DNA of 64,000 nucleotides from Mobula hypostoma (lineage: Eukaryota), in contig NC_086107.1 in assembly GCF_963921235.1 (NCBI RefSeq), forward strand, positions 105,712,001-105,776,000, in the 5' to 3' direction. Positions 1 through 10,285 of this stretch are shown one piece after another. The notes below the pieces were generated by a model, which worked only from the letters and a program-made list of their open reading frames with translations, ran no database searches and was not told the origin of the DNA. A program made the translations under genes and the position numbers. Every line of letters starts with the position of its first letter. Within the stretch, counting starts at the first letter, position 1.

Positions 1-339
1 ACGGCAAACCAAACAGAATTGCCATATTGGTAGCCAGCACAAGACCATTTAAATCTCCAAAATGGTTTCCATTGGGAATGAAGTGTTGAGTACTAGAACA
101 GCTACATCCTTTGCTGTTCCATCATGTAATTACTTGCAGGTGTCGTGGTTAGTTTGAGGTTGTTCCTGGGACTGGAGTCTCATAGCAGCCCATTAAGCAC
201 AAGATTAGGTAAACCATTAGCCAAGGTTGCAGTGCGCGTTGAGAGAACCTGTTCCAGTGAGTGACAGCAGCGTTGACTGCCCCCCCACCCCCCAGCACAC
301 AGCTGACATGCTCCTGCTTCAGTGATTGACAGTTATCTC

Positions 340-555
340 AGCCTCTCAGCTAAGTCCATCACAGGCAAAGTCTTCCCACCACTGAGTACATCCACAAGAA
401 AGCAGCAGCCATCATCAAAGATCTCCACCACCCAGGCCACGCCCTCTTCTTGTTAGTACTGTACCATCAGGCAGAAGACAGAATAGCCTTAGGTCCCACA
501 CCACCAGGTTCAGGAACAGTTACCACCCTACGAACATCAGGCTTCTGAACAAATT
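340..555 (+). mobile_element. Rex1/Babar-like LINE 3' remnant
   Basis: aaagcagcagccatcatcaaagatctccaccacccaggccacgccctcttc ... accaggttcaggaacagttac, same motif family as 3547-3744. Confidence 0.72.
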
Positions 556-688
556 GGTTCATTCACTGTGGCCCGGCCTAACTTGAAAGTCCACCTCAGA
601 GTGAACCACCTCGAGTCAGAAGTACAGATCGGTGTGAAGGACCCCCATCACCCAGGACATGACCTCTTGTTGATGGCATCAAGGGAGA

Positions 689-1300
689 GGTCTCCTCTAC
701 ACTGGTGAGACCCCTCGTAAACTGGGGTACCGCTACATCGAGCACCTCCACACCACCCGCCACAAGCAGGACTTCTCGGTGACCAAACATTTTAATTCCG
801 GTTCCCATTCCATCTCCGATGTGTCGATACATAGCCTCCTCTTGTGCCAAGATGAGGCCACCCTCAGAGTGGAGGAGCAACACCTTATATTCCATCTGGA
901 AAGCCTCCAGCTAGGTGGCATGAGTGTTGATTTCTCCTGCTGATAAACAAATTCCACCCCCCCTCCATTCCCTACTCTGACATTCTACCTGCCTTTTGCT
1001 TCCCCATGGGTCCCCTCCTCCTTCCCTTTCTCCTATAGTCCACTCTCCTCTGGAATCGGATTCTTTCTTCTCCAGCCCTTGGCCTTTCCCACCCACCTGG
1101 CTTCACCTATCACCTTCTTTCCTCTCCCCCCACCTTTTTATTCTGACACGCTTCCCCTTCCCTCTCAGTCCTGGAGAAGGGTCTCGGCCCGAAATGTCGA
1201 CTGTTTACTCTTTTCCATAGCTTCCGCCTGGCCTGCTGGGTTCCTCCAGTATGTTGTGTGGGCTGCTTTGGATTTCCGGTGTCTGCAGACTTTCTCATGT
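689..1300 (+). mobile_element. Degenerate Penelope-like 3' fragment (GIY-YIG C-terminus + terminal repeat with mutated hammerhead at 1166-1203)
   Basis: LLYTGET... and EATLRVEEQHLIFHLESLQ-like translation; CAGTC-CTGGAGA-AGGG-TCTCGG-CCC-GAAA-TGTC-GACTG. Splits a Rex1-like 3' end (636-688 and 1301 onward). Confidence 0.8.
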
Positions 1301-1637
1301 CTGGGAGGTACAGAAAGCAGAAGATACATAGTCAACGTTTTAGAAACAGCTTCCTCCCCACCGCCATCACATTTCTGAACAGACAATGAACCCAAGTACA
1401 ATAACTCACTTTTTTTTGCTACCTTTTTGCACTTTTTACCTAATTTTATATACATATAGTCCTGTACAAAAGTCTCAGGCATATACATATTACTAGGGTG
1501 CACAAGACTTTTGCACAGTACTTTATTTTACATCTTTCCAGTTACCAAATAACACCTAACACGACTGAGTTAATACAAAGCTAAGTACTCTTGTTTCTGA
1601 ACGCAGGAGGCCAGGCAGCATCTATAGAAAGAGGTAC

Positions 1638-1673
1638 AGTCGACGTTTCGGGCCGAGACCCTTCGTCAGGACT
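1638..1673 (-). ncRNA. Minimal hammerhead ribozyme motif in Penelope-like terminal repeat
   Basis: Minus strand AGTC-CTGACGA-A-GGG-TCTCGG-CCC-GAAA-C-GTC-GACT. CUGANGA and GAAA boxes, stem I AGTC/GACT, stem II GGG/CCC, GUC triplet, palindromic ACGT in place of stem III. Confidence 0.8.
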
Positions 1674-1932
1674 AACTGAAAGAAGAGCTAGTGAGAGATT
1701 TGAAAGTGGGAGGGAGAGGGGGAGATCGGAAATGATAGGAGATGACAGGAGGGGGAGGGATGGAGCCAAGAGCTGGACAGTTGATTGGCAAAAGGGATAC
1801 CAGGCTGCAGAAGGGAGAGGATCATGGGATGGGAGGCCTAGGGAGAAAGAAAGGGGGGGGGATCCTAGAGGATGGGCAAGGAGTTATAGTGAGAGGGAGA
1901 GAAGGAGAAAAAAGAGAGAAAGAAAGGGAAAA

Positions 1933-1978
1933 GAATAAACAAACAAACAAACAAACAAACAAATAAATAAATAAATAA
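1933..1978. repeat. (AAAC)n(AAAT)n microsatellite inside the Penelope-like element
   Basis: aataaacaaacaaacaaacaaacaaacaaataaataaataaataa. Confidence 0.9.
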
Positions 1979-2988
1979 GGGATGGGGTACGAGGGGGAGG
2001 TGGGGCATTAACGGAAGTTTGAGAAGTCAATGTTCATGCCATCAGGTTGGAGGCTACCCAGACAGAATACAAGGTGTTGTTCCTCCAACCTGAATGTGGC
2101 TTCATCTTGACAGTAGAGGAGGCTGTGGATGGACATATCAGAATGGGAATGGGACGTGGAATTCAAATGTGTGGCCACTGGGAGATTCTGCTTTCTCTGG
2201 CGGACAGAGCGTAGGTGTTCAGCGAAACGGTCTCCCAGTCTGCGTCAGGTCTCGCCAATATATAGAAGGCCACATCGGGAGCACCGGACGCAGTATTATC
2301 ACCTCAGTGGATTCACAGGTGAAGTGTCGCCTCACCTGGAAGGACTGTCTGGGGCCCTGAATGGTGGTAAGGGAGGAAGTGTAAGGGCATGTGTAGCACT
2401 TGCTCCGCTTACAAGGATAAGTGCCAGGAGGGAGATCAGTGGGGAGGGATGGGGGAGACGAATGGACAAGGGAGTTGCGTAGGGAGCGATCCCTGCAGAA
2501 AGCAGAAAGAAGAGGGGAGGGAAGGATGTACATGCCAATCCATTCCCTTTCTGATATGTCTATCCACGGCCTCCTTTACTGTCAAGACGAAGCCACACTC
2601 AGGTTGGAGAAACAACACCTTATGTTCCACCTGGGTAGCCTCCAACCTGATGGCATGAACATTGACTTCTCTAACTTCCATCAATGCCCCACCTCCCCTT
2701 CGTACCCCATCCCTTATTTTTTCTTTTTTATTTTTTTTCTTTCCCCTTTTTTTCCTCTCTTTTTTCTCCCTTTGTCCCTCTGACTATACCCCTTGCCCAT
2801 CCTCTGGGCTTCCCCCCTCTCCCTTTCTTTCTCCCTAGGCCTCCTGTCCCATGATCCTCTCATATCCCTTTTGCCAATCACCTGTCCAGCTCTTGGCTCC
2901 ATCCCTCCCCCTCCTGTCTTCTCCTATCATTTTGGATCTCCCCCTCCCCCTCCCACTTTCAAATCTCTTACTATCTCTTCTTTCAGTT

Positions 2989-3024
2989 AGTCCTGACGAA
3001 GGGTCTTGGCCCGAAACGTCGACT
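2989..3024 (+). ncRNA. Minimal hammerhead ribozyme motif in Penelope-like terminal repeat
   Basis: AGTC-CTGACGA-A-GGG-TCTTGG-CCC-GAAA-C-GTC-GACT. Intact core; differs from the 1638-1673 copy only in loop II. Confidence 0.8.
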
Positions 3025-3329
3025 GTACCTCTTCCTATAGATGCTGCCTGGCCTGCTGCATTCACCAGCATTTCTTATGTGTGTGGCTTGAATTTCCTGC
3101 ATCTGCAGAATTCCTCGTGTTTGAGTACTCTTGTTTCTGTTTCCCAACCACCTTCCTACTTTAACCAATATTCAGAACAATGCTAAAGTCTTAGGCACCC
3201 TAGCTATATATGTGTCTGAGACTTTTGCACAGAACTGTATGTATAGTAATTGTAACTTATAGTTTATTTATTGTGTAATGCAATATACTGATGCTGCAAA
3301 ACCACATATTTCATGACAAACTGTTTGCC

Positions 3330-3750
3330 AGAATCAGAATCAGAATCAGGTTTAATATCACTGGCATATGTCTTGAAATTTGTTGTCTTTGCGGCAGCAG
3401 TACAATGAAATGGATAATAATAGAAAACAACTGTGAATTAAAGCATATATATATATATATATATATATATAATTGTTAAATTAAGTAAGTGGTGCAAAAA
3501 TAGAAATAAAAAAGTAGGTGATAGAGTTCATGGGTTCAATGTCCATTCAGAAATCTGATGCAGAGGGGAAGAAGCTGTTCCTGAATCGTTGAGTGTGTGT
3601 CTTCAGGCTCCTGTACCTCCTTCCCGATGGTAGCCATGAGGAGAGGGCATGTCCTGGATTGATGGGGTCCTTAATGATGGATGCTGCCTTTTTGAGGTAC
3701 TGCTCTTTGAAGATGTTGTGGATACTACGGAGGCTAGTACCCATTATGAA
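3330..3750 (-). mobile_element. Rex1/Babar-like LINE 3' fragment with (CTGATT)n tail
   Basis: ORF 3547-3744 KKAASIIKDPINPGHALSSWLPSGRRYRSLKTHTQRFRNSFFPSA; (AGAATC)3 at the left end; internal (TA)n at ~3445-3471. Confidence 0.8.
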
Positions 3751-4064
3751 TTTACAAGTCTCTGCATATTATTTCAATCCTATGCAGTAGCCCCCCTCAC
3801 CCCTCCATACCAGACAGTGATGCAGACAGTTAAAGTACTTCATGACATACCTGTATGACAGCGATATTAAATCTGATCCTGATCTTAAAGTGGCTGCAGG
3901 TTTTCAACAGACGCATTGTTTTACAGTGACCAGTCGTGATCTCCAACTTCTAACAACAGGTTTGTTTAAATAAACTTATTTTGATTCCTTGTGGTGGGAT
4001 TTGGACTCACCTTTTAAGGCCAGGCTTCTGTACACACTGCAGTTCTCACAGAGAAATCAGAACA

Positions 4065-4720
4065 TACACCAGTCCCCATAAAGGGATCAGGAGTAGGAAG
4101 AGTGAGCAATTTCAGGTTCTCGGGTGTCAATATCTCTGAGGGTCTAACCTGGGCTCAATATGTTGATGCAGTTACAAAGAAGGCAGGACAAGTCATTAGG
4201 AGTTTGAGGAGATTTGGTATGTCACCAAAGACACTCGCAAATTTCTACAGATGTACCATGAAGAGCATTCTAACGGGCTGCATCGCTGGTATGGGTGGGC
4301 ACTAGACTGGATTAAAATAAGCTGCAGGAAGTTGTGAACTCAGCCAGCTCCATCATGGGCACCAGCCTCTGTAGTATCCAAGACATCTTCAAGGAACAAT
4401 GTCTCAAAAAGGCAGTATCCATCATTAAGGACCCCATCACTCAGGACACGCCCTCTCCTCATTGCTACCATCAGGGAGGAGTTACAGGAGCCTGAAGACA
4501 CACACTCAATGATTCATCTCTTCCCCTCTGCCATCCAATTTCTGAACGGACATTGAATCTATGAACACTACCTCACTACTTTTTTGCACTACCTACTTAA
4601 TTTAACTATTTTATATATATACTGTAATTCACAGTTGTTAATATTATTGTACTGCTGCACCAAAAACAACAAATTTTATGACATATGCCAATGATATTAA
4701 ACTTGATTTTGACTTCTGAC
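4065..4720 (+). mobile_element. Degenerate Rex1/Babar-like LINE 3' fragment
   Basis: FRFSGVNISEGLTW...KKA...LRRFGMSPKTLANFYRCT..SILTGCI, then IKDPH..GHAL..LLPSGR.YRSLKTHT with frameshifts, then an AT-rich 3' UTR. Confidence 0.8.
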
Positions 4721-4734
4721 AAATACTTGTCCAA

Positions 4735-5017
4735 GTTTGAGTTGAGAGTTAAAGGGCAAAAGTTTAAGGGTAACGTGGGGGAACTTCTTTACTCAGAGAG
4801 TGGTGGCTGTGTGGAACGAGCTTCCAGCAGAAGTGGTTGAAGCAGGTTCGATGTTGTCGTTTAAAGTTAAATTGGATAGATATATGGACAGGAAAGGAAT
4901 GGAGGGTTATGGGCTGAGTGCGGGTCGGTGGGACTAGGTGAGAGTAAGAGTTCGGCACGGACTAGAAGGGCCGAGATGGCCTGTTTTCCGTGCTGTAATT
5001 GTTATATGGTTATATAA
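4735..5017 (+). mobile_element. CR1 LINE 3' end
   Basis: Translates FFTQRVVAVWNELPAEVVEAGSMLSFKVKLDRYMD; tail gggccgagatggcctgttttccgtgctgtaa followed by a short ttatat repeat. Confidence 0.85.
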
Positions 5018-5263
5018 TTTCAGAACAGAGTGGTCGGGAAGGGGGGCAAAGTTCTCAGCCACATTGTGTTTATTGTTACCTCCCGAGAAATGGAGGTTGC
5101 TGGCAAAGTTTGTGGCTTAGAGAGAGACACAACACAGAAACAGGCCCCTCAGCCACAGTTGCCATCGAAACCCCATTTACACCACGGCAATCACTACTCC
5201 ACCTCACCCGTTCAACCTTACAGCAAAAAGTAGACGGGCACAGAGAGAAACTTTCAATATTTC

Positions 5264-5269
5264 TTTATT
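5264..5269 (-). terminator. Candidate polyadenylation signal AATAAA (possible distal mgp 3' end)
   Basis: Minus strand AATAAAgaaatattgaaagtttctctctgtgcccgtctactttttg: hexamer followed by a U/GU-rich tract, preceded by AT-rich non-repeat sequence. A nearer AATAAA (7316-7311) lies inside a repeat. Confidence 0.4.
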
Positions 5270-5729
5270 ATATATTCCTGTAAATGCCATTGAAAGTTTC
5301 AGTTACACTCTGCACCTATAATGATTAGGTTGTAAGCTTCAAACAGAGGTTGATAAGAAGCTCTTACAGGTTCAAGTCGCAAACAGGATGTATTTACAAG
5401 GTTTATGTGTATAATATACAGCATATGTTGCAGACTATAATTTTATTTCTCTCTGCTGATATGGTTTACACTGCGTTGGTTACTAATATTGTTAACTGGA
5501 GTACACTCTACTGAGTTTGGGCAGTCTGGAACAGGTGCTGGGCAGTCCTGCCCAGAGGCTGCAAACTCTACCCACCTCCCTCAAAAAAAAGCACCTTGTT
5601 GCTCTTGAGCTGAAATTGCTTTCCCTTTGCCGCTGGCTCTGAGGAAGTTCTTAGCCTCACTGTAGTGGAGAGAAGTCAGTGGTCTGGTCTGCTTTGTACC
5701 TGGCTGTACATATTCTCTGTCACTTGTGT

Positions 5730-6042
5730 CAGGCTCTTGAACCAAAGTGGATAACTTCACTCAACTTCACTTGCCCCATCACTGAAAAGTTCCCGCAACC
5801 TATGGACTCACTTTCAAGGACTCTTCATCTCGTGTTCTCAATATTTATTGCCTGTTTATTTATTATTGTCCTTCCTTATTTTTGTATTTGTGCAACTTGG
5901 TGTCTTCTGCAGTCTGGTTGAACTCTCAGACTGTGTGGTCTTTCATTGATTCTGTTACGCTTATTATTCTATAGACCTATCGAGTATGCCCACAAGAAAG
6001 TGAATCTCTGGGGTATATGGTGACATTCACTTTGAACTTTAA
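5730..6042 (+). mobile_element. LINE 3' UTR remnant (same family as 13970-14345)
   Basis: Shares cctatggactcactttcaagga, aagaaagtgaatctc and a tttgaacttt tail with 13970-14345. Confidence 0.6.
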
Positions 6043-7482
6043 TTAACTCTTACCATTTTTCCCCTCTTCCCAGTCCATCATCTGTCCAATGTCACCTTCC
6101 TGCCACCACTTCTCTCCCTTTCTGCATCGCTTGATAATTGGATCTCTTCAGTCAGTGAGAAAGGTATCCACCCAAAAAGGCTGGGACATTAAGTTCCCCT
6201 GTTAAGGGGCGGAGACACCTCTCTTCCTCATCCCAGTTGGGCTGAGGTAGAGGACGCCCCCAACCCTGAATGGGTCACCTCCATGGGAACCCTCTCGCTC
6301 CACAGAATGAGGGGCAGATGATTGCGTTCCTCTGGCCCCAAATCCCATGGTAAATGAGAGCTGACTTCTCTCTGACCTTTTCCCGTGGCACCTTACTGTG
6401 AGAAAGCCCAAGTCAGTAACCGTCTCCAGTGAGAGTATGAGTAGGAGAAAGAGTGGAGCTTGTAGTGTTAGCAATGATTTGGTGAGTGAATAGAGGGAGA
6501 TTGGCTGAAGGCAAAGCCTCAGTGCTTTGTGGAGATCCTTCCAGGAGTGAAAGAAAATGTGAAATAAAATCAGAAAATGGCGGAAATGCTCAGCTGGTCA
6601 GGTAGCATATGTGGGGAGAGAAGCAGAGTTGACATTTCAGGTTGATGACCTTTCATCAAAGACCTTCTGATCTGTAGTGCAAACAGTTCTCCTTCCACAG
6701 ATACTGGCTGAATGCTCCCGGCATTTTCTCTGCCTGATCCCTTTAGGAGCAAGCTGCGGAACACGGAGTTCGGTCTGAGACCCTTTTCCCGGCACTCCCC
6801 TCGGGAATGAGGTAACATCGCCACTGGGAAAAGCAACTGGCCCCCCCCCCCCACACACACAACTGGGCTACAGGCCCCAAGGCAGGATGTGAATGGCTTG
6901 GATGCCAGGGAAAGTTCTGTCGCTTTTCCTCCCGGTAACATTACTCGGCTGAAAAATTTTTTAAAAACTGCAGATGCTGGAAGTCTGAAATGAAAAGACA
7001 ATACTGGAAACACTCAGCAGGTCAAGGAATGAGAAGCATTTAGGGGAGATACTGGAATCGATAGGTCCAGGGGCAATGAGGAAGGTTACTGGGGTGAACA
7101 GAAGTTGTTACACTGAGACACCCTGGGGCAGGTACACCAGAAACCTGTGGGTCCATGCCAGATATTGAGGTGCATTCAGGGTGTGTTGGAGGGTTATCAT
7201 CTATAGAAGAGACGCAGGAGATTCTGGAAATCTTGAGCAACACACACAAAATGCTAGAGGGACTCAGCAGGTCAGGCAGCATCTATGGAGGGAGCCCAAC
7301 ACGTTGACTGTTTATTCCCCTCCATAGATGTTGCCTGACCTGCGGCGTAGCTCCTGCATTGTGTGTGTGTGTGTGTTACATCATTAATGGAACATCCCTC
7401 ACTACAGATGCTGCCTGACCAGCTGAGTCTTTCCAACACGTCCTGCTTCTATTTGACACTGTCCTGCCAACCACAGATTCCT

Positions 7483-7546
7483 GTGTGAGTCTGTGTGCGT
7501 GCGTGCGTGTGTGTGTGTGTGTGTCCGTGCGTGCGTGCATGCGTGC
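7483..7546. repeat. Compound (GT)n/(GCGT)n microsatellite in the mgp 3' UTR
   Basis: gtgtgcgtgcgtgcgtgtgtgtgtgtgtgtgtccgtgcgtgcgtgcatgcgtg, about 20 nt past the stop codon. Confidence 0.9.
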
Positions 7547-7566
7547 TCATCTTGCTGTTGCAGCCC

Positions 7567-7771
7567 CTAGTACCCGTAGTACTGTTTCCTGCTCCGATAG
7601 CCTCTCTGTCGGTGAGGCCGCAGCTGGCCGTGGCTCCCGGGGCGCATCCAGCCACCACCAAAGCGCCTGCTCTGAGCGTACCTGCCGTTGACCTGTCTTG
7701 TCAGGTGATCGCACAGCGGGTACTCCTCGCACTGCTCCCTGTTCACCTCGTATATGGGCTTGACTCGCGCC
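7567..7771 (-). CDS. mgp: Matrix Gla protein, coding part of last exon (Gla domain plus basic C-terminal extension)
   Basis: Minus strand: gttggttctccag|G GCG CGA GTC AAG CCC..., giving ARVKPIYEVNREQCEEYPLCDHLTRQVNGRYAQSRRFGGGWMRPGSHGQLRPHRQRGYRSRKQYYGY*. ExxxExC Gla motif with the CxxxxxC loop. Exons sum to 55+30+70+205=360 nt (119 aa + TAG). Confidence 0.95.
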
Positions 7772-7829
7772 CTGGAGAACCAACACAGGAAGCAGATAAC
7801 TGTTCAAGCATTTTGCAGAGAGTAATGTT

Positions 7830-8262
7830 GAATTTATAAACAGGCTCTTTGGCCCATCTAGTTTGTGCAGGCCGCTTTAGAACGTAGAACAGTACAGCAG
7901 TACAGTACCCACAGTGCTTTGTCGGAGTTTCAAAGAGTCGTAGAAAAGTAAGGCACAGAAACAGGCCCTTCAGCCCATCTAGTCTGTGCTGAACCATTTA
8001 ATCTACTTACTCCCATCAGCCTCCACCTGGCCTCCATACCCCTACCATCCATGAACTGATCTTAACTTCTCTTAAACGTTGAAATCAATCTTGTATGTAC
8101 GACTTATGCTGGCAGTTCTTTCCACACGCTCACCAGCCTATGAGTGAAGAAGTTTCTCCTCATGTTCCCCTTAAACTTTCTACCTTTCATCCTTAACCCT
8201 TGGTTGTAGTCCCACCCAACCTCCGTGGAAAAAGCCAGCTTGCATTTACCCTATATATATCC
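7830..8262 (-). mobile_element. CR1 LINE 3' fragments (continuing at ~9011-9075 after the Rex1 insertion)
   Basis: Minus strand ggggaacatgaggagaaacttcttcactcataggctggtgagcgtgtggaaagaactgccag (FFT.R.V..W..LP motif) and a CR1-type 3' tail gatgggctgaagggcctgtttctgtg. Confidence 0.75.
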
Positions 8263-8274
8263 CTATATATATCC

Positions 8275-9010
8275 AGACTAAGGAGCTGGTGGTAGACCTG
8301 AGGAGAGCTAAGGTACCGGTGACCCCTGTTTCTATCCAGGGGGTCAGTGTGGACATGGTGGAGGATTACAAATACCTGGGGATACAAATTGACAATAAAC
8401 TGGACAGGTCAAAGAACACTGAGGCTGTCTACAAGAAGGGTCAGAGCCGTCTCTATTTCCTGAGGAGACTGAGGTCCTTTAACATCTGCCGGACGATGCT
8501 GAGGATGTTCTACGAGTCTGTGGCGGCTAGTGCTATCATGTTTGCTGTTGTGTGCTGGGGCAGCAGGCTGAGGGTAGCAGACACCAACAGAATCAACAAA
8601 CTCATTCGTAAGGCCAGTGATGTTGTGGGGATGGAACTGGACTCTCTGACGGTGATATCTGAAAAGAGGATGCTGTCTAAGTTGCATGCCATCTTGGACA
8701 ATGTCTCCCATCCACTACATAATGTACTGGGTGGGTACAGGAGTACATTCAGCCAGAGACTCATTCCACCGAGATGCAACACAGAGCGTCATAGGAAGTC
8801 ATTCCTGCCTGTGGCCATCAAACTTTACAACTCCTCCCTTGGAGGGTCAGACACCCTGAGCCGATAGGCTGGTCCTGGACTTATTTCCTGGCATAATTTA
8901 CATATTACTATTTAACTATTTATGGTTTTATTACTATTTATTATTTATGGTGCAACTGTAACGAAAACCAATTTCCCCCAGGATCAATAAAGTATGGCTA
9001 TGACTATGAC
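8275..9010 (+). mobile_element. Rex1/Babar LINE, 5'-truncated, uninterrupted ORF C-terminus (in mgp intron 3, antisense)
   Basis: ORF 8289-8867 with YKYLG, KKGQSRLYFLRRLRSF, HPLH and SFLPVAIKLYN motifs; short 3' UTR ending ATCAATAAAG plus a (TATGAC)n-like tail. Confidence 0.88.
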
Positions 9011-9079
9011 CCTCATAATTTTGTATACCTCTATCAAATCTCCTCTAAGTTCTAAGGAGTAACGTCCTAACCTATCTTA

Positions 9080-9500
9080 CCGATAGTCCACTGAAAGCAT
9101 CTTGTCCAGATGCATCACGGCGTTGTACGGCAACTGCTCGGCATGTGAAAGCAAATAACTTCAGAGAGCTCAGCACGTCATGGAAGCCAGCCTCTGCTCT
9201 ACGGATTCTGTCTATACTTCTTGCTGCCTTGGCAAAGCAGCCAGCATTAATCAAAGACCCCAACCACCCTGCACGTTCTCTCTTCTCCTCTCTCCCATTA
9301 GGCAGAAGATACAAAAACCGGAAAGCATACACCACCAGGCTAAAGGACAGCTCCTACCTCCTTGTTATATGACTATTGAAAGTTTCACTGGAACAGTAAC
9401 TTGGGCACTTGACCTCACAATCAACCTTGCATCTTATTGTTTACCAACACTGCACTTGCTCTGCAGTTGTTAAACTTTATTCTGCATTCTGTAGTTGCTC
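9080..9500 (+). mobile_element. Rex1/Babar-like LINE 3' remnant
   Basis: IKDPNHPARSLFSSLPLGRRYK....TTRLKDS in ORF 9145-9372. Confidence 0.72.
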
Positions 9501-9687
9501 TACACGTGTGTATTCTGGCATGTCGGTCCATGGGCTCCTCTTGTGCCAAAATGAGGCCACCCTCAGGGAGGACGGAGCAATGCCTTATATTCCGTCTGGA
9601 TTCTATTTCTCATGCATCCCTTTGTACTGCTGCCGCACAACGACAAATTTCACGACACACGGCAGCGATATTAAACCCGATCACAAA

Positions 9688-9885
9688 CAAGAGGAAACCT
9701 GCAGAAGCTGGAAATCTGAGCAGCTCACACAAAACGCTGGAGGAACTCAGCAGGCCGGGCAGTGTCTATGGAGAAGAGTGAACAGTCGACATTTCGGGCT
9801 GAGACCTCCGTCAGGACTGCAGGAGAAAAGCCAGTCCTGCTGAAGGGTTTTGGCCCAGCATGCCTACTGTACTTTTCCCCATATT
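9688..9885. mobile_element. Short fold-back element made of two inverted Penelope-like termini with decayed hammerhead motifs
   Basis: ...aacagtcgacatttcgggctgagacctccgtcaggactg-caggagaaaagc-cagtcctgctgaagggttttggcccagcatgcctactgt... Confidence 0.72.
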
Positions 9886-9904
9886 AAACCTGATTCTGAT
9901 AATG

Positions 9905-10285
9905 AATGTAGAGCACAAAACGTAGAACGGAGAACAGTTGTGGACTGGAATGGTCCCTCAACCCATGAAGCTATGCCAAACTAATTAATTCAGAAATTAA
10001 ATGAATAACGAAACTAATTCCTGCCTCCGCACTGTCCACATCCCTCCATCTCCTGGACGTTAACGTTCCTTTCCAACTGCCTCTTAGCCACCTCTGTCGT
10101 ATTTGCCTCCACTACCAAGCCTGCAAGTGCATTCCAGACACCCACAACTCTCCAAAAATGCTTGGCACATCTCCTTATCCCCGCTGAACTAAAATGCATG
10201 CCCTCTAGTATTAGAACTATCAACCCTGGGAGAAAGATACCAGCTGTTAACTCTTACCTATGTTCCGTATGACCTTATAAGGAAT
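9905..10285 (-). mobile_element. Degenerate CR1 LINE 3' end
   Basis: ORF 10014-10223 contains FWRVVGVWNALAGLVVEANT, homologous to the 4735-5017 copy. Confidence 0.72.

Larger units (their letters stand above)
1600..3123. mobile_element. Penelope-like element (probably Neptune-type): two 5'-truncated copies joined head-to-head, with 16-bp TSD
   Basis: Minus copy ~2530-1600 encodes the Cys-rich linker GTYPCKRSKCYTCPY and a frameshifted GIY-YIG region (CGLLYIGET). Plus copy ~2531-3123 encodes EATLRLEKQHLMFHLGSLQPDGMNIDF. Flanked by AGTACTCTTGTTTCTG at 1584-1599 and 3124-3139. Confidence 0.88.
1457..3237. mobile_element. Tc1/mariner-like MITE (about 240 bp before interruption) split by the Penelope-like insertion
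   Basis: ~65-bp terminal inverted repeats (1457-1521 vs ~3175-3237), each itself an imperfect palindrome (CAAAAGTCT...AGACTTTTG). TA on both sides (1455-56, 3238-39). Confidence 0.7.

Noticed and set aside
6202..6474. Minus-strand 90-aa ORF with a hydrophobic N-terminus (possible second secreted Gla-family gene)
   Set aside because: Starts at TTG rather than ATG, has no Gla or other recognisable motif, and I found no partner exons.
7485..7839. ORF-track calls overlapping the last mgp exon
   Set aside because: They are alternative-frame or antisense shadows of the GC-rich mgp exon plus the adjacent microsatellite.
8289..8867. 192-aa ORF as a host gene
   Set aside because: It is the C-terminal part of a 5'-truncated Rex1/Babar reverse transcriptase ORF, with a GTG start and a LINE-type tail.
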